NCBI GenBank assembly: GCA_035285125.1
Contig: JAYKHR010000165.1
Location: forward strand, 70,341-134,340
Origin: Candidatus Sericytochromatia bacterium
Lineage (GTDB): Bacteria > Cyanobacteriota > Sericytochromatia > S15B-MN24 > JAQBPE01
Length of the DNA stretch: 64,000 nucleotides
Direction: 5' to 3'
A program made the translations under genes and the position numbers. Below the pieces are notes generated by a model. That model was not told the DNA's origin. It did no database searches and saw only the letters and a program-made list of their open reading frames with translations. Below, piece by piece: positions 57,645-64,000 of this stretch. Each line of letters opens with the position of its first letter. The stretch's first letter is position 1.

Positions 57645-59099
57645 TTATACCGGCTCGGCAGGCCTCCGCCGGGCCGCCAGCCAAGCGCCGAGCAGCGCAA
57701 GTAGCAGGGGGTCGGTGGCAAAGCGGAAGCGGTTGTTCTCGCCCTGCTCGATGAAGCCGAGGGCCCAGACGAACACGACGCAGGCGACGAGCAGCCCCAG
57801 GGTGGCCGCGCGGGGCGTGGACGGGCCAGCCCGCCGCGTGCCCCACAGCAGCAGCAGGGGCGTCGCCACCACCAGCCACCAGGCCACCTGGCCCGGCAGC
57901 CGCCGCACCACGCCGGCATCCGGCGGAGCCGGCGTCACGTAGGGCCTCAGGCACCCGTTGAGGGCCGCGTCAAAGGGGCCCTCCCAGGGCGCCAGCAGGC
58001 GCCTGTTGTCCCCGGGAAAGGGAAAATCCGCGGCGGGCGAGAAGTACCAGACCTGCGCCAGCACCACGGAACGCCCCCAGCGGGCAGGCTCGAGCCAAAA
58101 CGCCCGGGGAACCTCGGCGGCAAAGGCCCGCGAGATGGCGACCACGTCGCGGTGGTTCAGGTTCGGGGCGCCCCCAGCCTTCTCCGTGGCGTCCAGCGCC
58201 GGCACCCCCGTCGGCGGCACGGGCGGGTAGAGGCCCGCATAGGTCGCGACGCCGCAAAACTCAGGCCTGAGAGTAATGGGGCCGAGACGCCCCTCCCGCA
58301 CGTGCACGACGCGACGCGCGAGGGGAATCTCCCGGATGGTAACGCGCGACAGGTTCATCCCCAGCCAGCTGCTCGGGCCAAAAACGCCGAAAAGCACCAG
58401 GTTCTTGAGGTACCACGCCACCACGAGGGAGGTCGGCACCAGGAAGGCGAGCCGGCTTCCCCAGCCGTCGACCCCTTGGCGCCGTGCGGCCACATACCCC
58501 CAGGCCCCCAGGGCCACCAGCCAGACGAGGTGAAACGCCGCCATCGTCAGGGAGATGGCGGCCAGGCTGCCCCAACACAGCCAGGCCAGGCGCACCCGAC
58601 CGCTGGCGAGCCAGGCGTGGAAGGCCCAGGCGCCGACCACCAGCAGCACGGTGACGGGGTAGGTGTAAAAGAGCCAGTGCTCGTAGAGCAGGCAGGCCGG
58701 GCTCACGACGAACAGCCCGGCCAGGCCGGCGGCAGGCCATGGTCGCAGCCCAAGCGCGCCCAGCAGGCCCCACAGCGCAACGGCCAGGACCGCCCCCTGC
58801 AGCCAGAAGGCAGGGGCGAGGCCCGCCTCCCCAAAGGCCTTGAGGACCCCGCCCACCGCCAGATGGAGGCCTGGGGGGGTGGCATGGAGGTGCCACACGC
58901 TGCGGAGGAGGTCGCCCTGAAGCCAGGCCGGGTCGAGGAGGTGCCACCCGTGCACCAGGTTGGTCACGTCGAGCCGCAGCCCCATCCACCACCCCAGCAG
59001 CCGCGAAGCGGCGACAACGGCGAGCAGCAACCAAAGGGCGGGCGCCCCCGTGGCGTTCGGTCGGGGCCGTGGACGGGAGGCAAGAGAAGGCAGGGCCAT
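57645..59099 (-). CDS. Multi-pass membrane protein, possible GT-C-type transferase
   Basis: Many TM segments; HATPPG, YEHWLFYTYP, WYLKN..LFG, ENNRFRF. Confidence 0.6.
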   Translation of the reverse strand: MALPSLASRPRPRPNATGAPALWLLLAVVAASRLLGWWMGLRLDVTNLVHGWHLLDPAWLQGDLLRSVWHLHATPPGLHLAVGGVLKAFGEAGLAPAFWLQGAVLAVALWGLLGALGLRPWPAAGLAGLFVVSPACLLYEHWLFYTYPVTVLLVVGAWAFHAWLASGRVRLAWLCWGSLAAISLTMAAFHLVWLVALGAWGYVAARRQGVDGWGSRLAFLVPTSLVVAWYLKNLVLFGVFGPSSWLGMNLSRVTIREIPLARRVVHVREGRLGPITLRPEFCGVATYAGLYPPVPPTGVPALDATEKAGGAPNLNHRDVVAISRAFAAEVPRAFWLEPARWGRSVVLAQVWYFSPAADFPFPGDNRRLLAPWEGPFDAALNGCLRPYVTPAPPDAGVVRRLPGQVAWWLVVATPLLLLWGTRRAGPSTPRAATLGLLVACVVFVWALGFIEQGENNRFRFATDPLLLALLGAWLAARRRPAEPV

Positions 59100-59158
59100 G
59101 AGCCCGCCATGATACCCGAGTGACCCGGCATCCGCGCGGAATGACCTATAATGGGCCC

Positions 59159-60235
59159 ATGAAGCCGGAGGCTATCGCCCACCACCAACACGGCGTCCAA
59201 CTCCAGCAGGCGGGGCACCTCAGGGAAGCCGTCGCGGCATACGAAGCCGCCCTCACCATTGACCCGAGCCTGGAGCTGACACGCGGCAACCTCGCGCAGG
59301 CGTTACACCAGCTCGGCGAGTCGGATGCAGCCATCCAGCAATATCAACAGCTGCTGGAGGCGCACCCGCTGAACGTGAAGGCCCGCTTCAACCTCGGGGT
59401 GGTCTACGCCTCCCTCGGACAGCTGGATCGGGCCATGGGTGAGCTGCGCCACGTCCTGTCGCTGGAGCCCGGGCATGCAATGGCCCTCGGCACGCTGGCC
59501 TGGCTGCTACAACAACAGCAACGCCACGGCGAGGCGCTGGAGGTGCTTCAGCGACTGCGCGCCCTGAGCCCCGACGACGCGACGGTGCTGAACCAGCTCG
59601 CCGTGCTCCACCGCGCGCTGGGCGAGTTCGAGCAGGCCGAGGCGTGCTGGCTGGCCGTGGTGCAGCGCGATCCGCGACACCTCGGCGCGTTGCTGGCCCT
59701 CGCGGATCTGGCGCGGGCCCGAGAAGACACGGACGCCACCCTCCGCTGGGCGCTGGATGCCCTGGAGGTCGAGCCGAGCCAGCCAGCCGCCCAGATCATG
59801 GCCGCGCGGTCACACATGACGCTGCTCGAACACACCCAAGCGGCCGAGCGGCTCCTCGCCCTCGCCGAGCGACTTCCCCAGAACGCCGAGGTGCGCTACC
59901 AGCTGGGCAAACTGGCCCACGAGCGTCAGGATCTCCACGCCGCCCGGCAACAACTCGCCGAAGCCTGTCGCCTGGCCCCGGAGTGGCTGGAGGCGCAGTG
60001 CGAGATGGGCGCCGTGTTGTACAGGCTGGGCTTGTTCGATGACGCCATCGATCACTACCGCGTGGCAGAGAGCCTCTCGCCGGACGACCCTGTCATCAAG
60101 GCCAACATGGGCTTCGCATACCTCGCCATTGGGGAGAGGGAGGCAGCCACCACCTACTTCGAGGCCTTCCAGGCGAGACCCGGCGGCGGCGAAGAGGTCG
60201 CGCTGGCTGTTCAGTGCGCCCTGGACCTGATCTGA
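59159..60235 (+). CDS. Tetratricopeptide repeat protein
   Basis: About 10 TPR units (RGNLAQAL, ARFNLGVVY, VRYQLG, KANMGFAY); TATAAT 6 nt upstream of ATG. Confidence 0.88.
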   Translation: MKPEAIAHHQHGVQLQQAGHLREAVAAYEAALTIDPSLELTRGNLAQALHQLGESDAAIQQYQQLLEAHPLNVKARFNLGVVYASLGQLDRAMGELRHVLSLEPGHAMALGTLAWLLQQQQRHGEALEVLQRLRALSPDDATVLNQLAVLHRALGEFEQAEACWLAVVQRDPRHLGALLALADLARAREDTDATLRWALDALEVEPSQPAAQIMAARSHMTLLEHTQAAERLLALAERLPQNAEVRYQLGKLAHERQDLHAARQQLAEACRLAPEWLEAQCEMGAVLYRLGLFDDAIDHYRVAESLSPDDPVIKANMGFAYLAIGEREAATTYFEAFQARPGGGEEVALAVQCALDLI

Positions 60236-60283
60236 CCATCAGGGGCACAGGGCCTCCCCACGGGGCAGCACCCGAACAACGGA

Positions 60284-60316
60284 AGGGGCTCCCCGCACGT
60301 TGCGCGGGGAGCCCCT
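60284..60316 (-). terminator. Intrinsic terminator after rplL
   Basis: aggggctccccgc-N7-gcggggagcccct inverted repeat between convergent genes. Confidence 0.75.
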
Positions 60317-60337
60317 GAAGTTCCGAAGAACCCGATC

Positions 60338-60721
60338 TTACTTGATCGAGACCTTGGCGCCCTCGGCCTCGAGCAGACCCTTGATCTTCTCGGCCTCGTC
60401 CTTCTTGATCTTTTCCTTGACAGGCTTCGGCGCGTTGTCGACCAGGTCCTTGGCCTCCTTGAGGCCCAGGCCCGTGGCGTCACGGACGACCTTCAGCACG
60501 TTGATCTTCTTCTCGCCGGCGGACTCGAGGATCACGTCGAACTCGGTCTGCTCCTCAGCAGCCGCGGCCGGACCAGCGGCCGGAGCGGCAGCCATCATCA
60601 TGGCAGGGGCCGCGGCGGACACGCCGAACTTGTCCTCGAGGGCCTTGACCAGCTCGTTGAGCTCGAGCACGGTCATCGACTCGATGGCGGAAATCATGTC
60701 GTCCTTGGTGATGGTAGGCAT
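60338..60721 (-). CDS. rplL: 50S ribosomal protein L7/L12
   Basis: [49 protein letters not shown]. Confidence 0.98.
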   Translation of the reverse strand: MPTITKDDMISAIESMTVLELNELVKALEDKFGVSAAAPAMMMAAAPAAGPAAAAEEQTEFDVILESAGEKKINVLKVVRDATGLGLKEAKDLVDNAPKPVKEKIKKDEAEKIKGLLEAEGAKVSIK

Positions 60722-60831
60722 CGGTTTTTCTCCTGGAGGGTGTACGCCGGGGCGCCACCGCGGGGTCAAAGGGGATGTACCGGGGGCTCAGGCCGCGAGA
60801 CCCGCGCCCCGTTGGTCGTGGGGCAGATGAA

Positions 60832-61365
60832 CTAGGCCGATTCCTTGGCCTTGCGAACGGCTTCGAGCGCGTAGACGATCTTCCGCGACGGGCCGGCGAG
60901 AACGCCGACGATGTTGCGAATGGGTGCCTGCAGCACGCCTGCCAGCTGGGCGAGGAGCACCTCGCGGCTGGGCAGGTTGGCAAGGCCTTCCACGCCAGCG
61001 GGGCTGACGGGCTTGCCTTCCAGCACGGCACCACGGATCTGGATCTTGACCGCGCGCTTTTCCTTGGCGAAGTCGGACAGCGCCTTGGCGGGCCCAACAA
61101 CGTCGTCGAAACCGAACACCACCGCCGTGGGGCCTGCAAGCAGGTCATCGAGGGCAGCCCAGTTCTCCTGGCCCTTGGTCGCGACCTTGAGCAGCGTGTT
61201 CTTGGCAATCGTGACATCGCCACCGGCCTTCTGCACCCGGCGGCGCAGGTCGGTGAGTTCCGCGACGCTGAGGCCGCGGTAGTCCGTCACGACAGCCATC
61301 TGCGCGCGACCGAACGCCTGCTGAAGCTCGGCGACGGACGCTTGCTTCTGATCTTTCGTCGGCAA
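60832..61365 (-). CDS. rplJ: 50S ribosomal protein L10
   Basis: DYRGLSV..LTDLRR, KNTL, GPTA, LANLPSREVLLA; TTG start after GGAGG. Confidence 0.97.
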   Translation of the reverse strand: MPTKDQKQASVAELQQAFGRAQMAVVTDYRGLSVAELTDLRRRVQKAGGDVTIAKNTLLKVATKGQENWAALDDLLAGPTAVVFGFDDVVGPAKALSDFAKEKRAVKIQIRGAVLEGKPVSPAGVEGLANLPSREVLLAQLAGVLQAPIRNIVGVLAGPSRKIVYALEAVRKAKESA

Positions 61366-61399
61366 GGGAGATTCCTCCGTAGGGGGGGTAAACCAGGGG

Positions 61400-61530
61400 A
61401 CCGAAAACAACAGGGGCGGGGAGCGACGTTGCGCTCCCCGCCCCTGATTCAGGACCGGTGGGAATCGCAACCTCGGCGGGCGGGGCCTCACCCCATTAAC
61501 GTCTTGCGACGACCTGCTGTCTTCGGCTGA
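61400..61530 (-). ncRNA. Ribosomal protein L10 leader
   Basis: Minus strand CCGAAGACAGCAGG...TTAA...CCGCCGAGG plus downstream stem in the rplA-rplJ spacer; boundaries approximate. Confidence 0.8.
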
Positions 61531-61561
61531 GAAAAGTTGAGAGACTAAATGATACCAGGAA

Positions 61562-62275
61562 CTACTTGTTGGCGCCAGCCAGCTCGTTGAGCCGCTGGAG
61601 GTCCAGACGAACGCTGGGACCCATCGTCGAGGTCAGGAAGACGCTCCTGATGTAGGTGCCCTTCGCCGCGGCGGGCTTGGAGCGGTTGATCGCGTCGTAC
61701 AGGGCGCCGAGGTTCGAGTACAGGCGCTCAGCCTCGAAGCTGGCCTTGCCCACGGGGACGTGGACAATGCCCTGCTTGTCAGCACGGAACTCGACCTTAC
61801 CAGCCTTGAACTCCCGAACGGACTTGCCGATTTCGGTGGTGACCGTGCCGGCCTTGGGCGAGGGCATCAGGCCGCGAGGGCCGAGGACCTTGCCCAGCTT
61901 GCCCAGGGCGCCCATGATGTCGGGCGAGGCAACGAGGAGGTCGAAATCCATCCAACCGCCCTCGATCTTGGCGATCATCTCCTCGGCGCCGACGAAGTCA
62001 GCACCGGCGGCCTCGGCCTCCTTGATCCGCTCGCCCTTGGTGATCACGGCGATGCGGACGGTCTTGCCGGTGCCGGCGGGCAGCACCACGGTCGACCGAA
62101 CCTGCTGGTCGGCGTGACGGGTGTTGATACCGAGACGGAAGTGGGCTTCGATCGTCTCGTCGAACTTGGCGGTGGCCGCCTTCTTCACGAGGTCCACACC
62201 CTCTTGAGGGCCGTGGTTCGCGTGGCGGTCCACGAGTTCGGCGAGAGCCTTTTGACGCTTGCTAAGCTTAGCCAT
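61562..62275 (-). CDS. rplA: 50S ribosomal protein L1
   Basis: AKFDET, LPAGTGK, LGPRGLMPSPKAGTV, STMGP. Confidence 0.98.
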   Translation of the reverse strand: MAKLSKRQKALAELVDRHANHGPQEGVDLVKKAATAKFDETIEAHFRLGINTRHADQQVRSTVVLPAGTGKTVRIAVITKGERIKEAEAAGADFVGAEEMIAKIEGGWMDFDLLVASPDIMGALGKLGKVLGPRGLMPSPKAGTVTTEIGKSVREFKAGKVEFRADKQGIVHVPVGKASFEAERLYSNLGALYDAINRSKPAAAKGTYIRSVFLTSTMGPSVRLDLQRLNELAGANK

Positions 62276-62339
62276 TTTGGAAGTACCTCTTGTGGTCGTC
62301 GCGGCGAGCCAGAAACCCGCCTGCCACGTGGGGGAAGAA

Positions 62340-62765
62340 CTAGGCCTCGACCTCGACGCCCATGCTCCGGGCGGTGCCGCGGATCATCTGCTCAGCAGAC
62401 TCGAGGGTCGTGCAGTTGAGGTCGGGCATCTTGGTCTTGGCGATCTCGGTGACCTGCGCCTGCGTGAGGCGGCCCACCTTGTCCTTGTTCGGCTTGCCCG
62501 AGCCCCGCTCGATGCCGAGCGCCTTGGTGATCAGGACGGCCGCGGGCGGCGTCTTGAGCACAAAGGTAAAGGACCGATCCTCGTAAACGGTGATCTCGAC
62601 CGGGATGATCGTGCCGGCCTTTTCCGCGGTCGCGGCGTTGTAGGCCTTGCAGAACTCCATGATGTTGACGCCGTGCTGACCCAGCGCGGGGCCCACGGGG
62701 GGCGCCGGGTTCGCCTTGCCGGCCGGCAACTGGAGCTTGATGAAGCCGGTTGCTTTCTTAGCCAT
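62340..62765 (-). CDS. rplK: 50S ribosomal protein L11
   Basis: [37 protein letters not shown]. Confidence 0.99.
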   Translation of the reverse strand: MAKKATGFIKLQLPAGKANPAPPVGPALGQHGVNIMEFCKAYNAATAEKAGTIIPVEITVYEDRSFTFVLKTPPAAVLITKALGIERGSGKPNKDKVGRLTQAQVTEIAKTKMPDLNCTTLESAEQMIRGTARSMGVEVEA

Positions 62766-62899
62766 GGGGATGCGTGCTCCTGGTACCAGTGCGTCCCGTA
62801 TGGTGAGGCCTCGGGGACGCGGGATTGTCGGATGCGACTCTGCCCGTCAGGGCCAGAACCGCGTCGCCCGCTGCCAGGCAGCGGGCGTGGGCGAGGTCG

Positions 62900-63421
62900 T
62901 CAGACCTTCGCCACCTGAGAGAACTCCAGCTCGACAGGCGTGGCACGCCCGAAGATGGAGACGGAAACTTTGAGCTTGCCGCGTTCGGCGTTGATTTCGA
63001 TGATGTCACCGCTGAACTCGGCAAAGGGCCCGGAGATGACCTTGACGTGCTCGCCGACGTGGAGGTCGATCTGGACCTTCTGCTTGCTGGCTGCCCGGCG
63101 GAAGATCTTCCGAACTTCCCGCTCTTGCAGCGGCACAGGCTTGGACTGGCTGCCGACGAAGCTGGTGACGCCCGGCGTGCTGCGCACGACGTGCCACGAC
63201 TCCTCATCCAGATCCATCTCGACGAGCACGTAGCCAGGGAAGACCTTGCGGGGCTTCTCGACGCGCTTCCCGTCCTTGATCTCGACGACCGTCTCCTCGG
63301 GCACCTCGACATGGAAGACCCGATCCGTGAGGTTCATGGTCTCCACGCGACGAAGCAGGTTCTCCTTGACCTTGTCCTCGTAGCCCGAGTAGGTGTTGAT
63401 GACGTACCACTTCTTGGCCAT
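62900..63421 (-). CDS. nusG: Transcription termination/antitermination factor NusG
   Basis: [50 protein letters not shown]. Confidence 0.98.
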   Translation of the reverse strand: MAKKWYVINTYSGYEDKVKENLLRRVETMNLTDRVFHVEVPEETVVEIKDGKRVEKPRKVFPGYVLVEMDLDEESWHVVRSTPGVTSFVGSQSKPVPLQEREVRKIFRRAASKQKVQIDLHVGEHVKVISGPFAEFSGDIIEINAERGKLKVSVSIFGRATPVELEFSQVAKV

Positions 63422-63442
63422 TCGTATGGTGGCTCCTCTGGT

Positions 63443-63799
63443 CTAGCCTTGCCCGGGCTGCTTGCCGAACAAGAACCAGTTGAATAACGCTGCAAGGGCG
63501 TGGTCCAAGCTGGTGATCATCAGCGTGAACACGATGACCACGCAGATGACGACGATGGTCTCCGTGACGACTTGCTTGCGCGTCGGCCAGGTGACCTTGC
63601 CCATCTCGTCCCGCACATCGCCCAGGAACTGCAGGTAGCCCCCGAGAAACTTGCCCGCCGGAACGCCACCGCCGAGTTGCAACGAGCGCTGTCGCGCAAC
63701 GTCTTGCTCGTCGACCTCGCCGCCATCTGCCGGCGCGCTAGGCGCGGCCGGGTCGCTGACGTGAGGGGGTTTCAGATGGGGATCGTCCGTATGGGCCAC
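63443..63799 (-). CDS. secE: Preprotein translocase subunit SecE
   Basis: EMGKVTWPTRKQ followed by one TM; position before nusG; start uncertain. Confidence 0.9.
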   Translation of the reverse strand: MAHTDDPHLKPPHVSDPAAPSAPADGGEVDEQDVARQRSLQLGGGVPAGKFLGGYLQFLGDVRDEMGKVTWPTRKQVVTETIVVICVVIVFTLMITSLDHALAALFNWFLFGKQPGQG

Positions 63800-63826
63800 G
63801 ATGAACCTGTACTTGGCGGGCGGAAC

Positions 63827-63976
63827 CTACTTGGTTTCCTTGTGCGGATGGTGCGCCCGGCAGAAGCGGCAGTACTTGTTCTTTTCGAGGCGATCCGGGG
63901 TGGTCTTCTTGTTCTTGGTGGTGACGTAGTTGCGCCGCTTGCATTCGTTGCAAGCCAGCGTGATGATGACCCGCAT
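63827..63976 (-). CDS. rpmG: 50S ribosomal protein L33 (zinc-binding form)
   Basis: Manual translation [49 protein letters not shown]; two CxxC pairs; below ORF-track cutoff. Confidence 0.97.
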   Translation of the reverse strand: MRVIITLACNECKRRNYVTTKNKKTTPDRLEKNKYCRFCRAHHPHKETK

Positions 63977-64000
63977 GGTCGTGCCTTTCCCTTTCGGAAG

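Noticed and set aside
61495..61500. TTAA in rplA-rplJ spacer as a regulator half-site
   Set aside because: Explained by the conserved L10 leader structure; no phased partner.
63800..63826. tRNA-Trp expected between rpmG and secE
   Set aside because: Spacer too short and no cloverleaf or TTCGA T-arm found.

Overview
High-GC (visually ~70%) bacterial chromosome segment, mostly core and cell-envelope genes. I found no CRISPR array, rRNA, tRNA or recognisable mobile element. Core blocks: gap-pgk-tpiA-gpmI, holB-ricT(PSP1)-sugar ABC genes, moaA-moaC, a pyrimidine/beta-alanine catabolic cluster, sbcDC, bioY, secDF and rpmG-secE-nusG-rplKAJL with an L10 leader. Accessory content is dominated by lipoproteins and surface proteins. 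The most novel-looking items are: (1) six tandem uncharacterised lipoproteins (17.1-22.8 kb) sharing a beta-strand + Y/F-x-L-(x)-Q/L motif, reminiscent of processed type-V-pilin-like subunits; (2) two paralogous signal-less repeat proteins with a modified peptidoglycan-binding module flanking sbcDC; (3) a recurrent 11-bp-period TTAA-N7-TTAA box upstream of several of these genes; (4) an AMMECR1/alpha-2-macroglobulin/VanW module fused to a glycolipid/polysaccharide operon; (5) a two-domain GT-C/PMT protein between secDF and a Thr/Pro-rich lipoprotein; (6) several apparently leaderless genes. The gene repertoire suggests a non-photosynthetic relative of Cyanobacteria (e.g. Ca. Sericytochromatia), but this is an unverified inference. 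All family assignments come from motif recognition by eye, not database searches.
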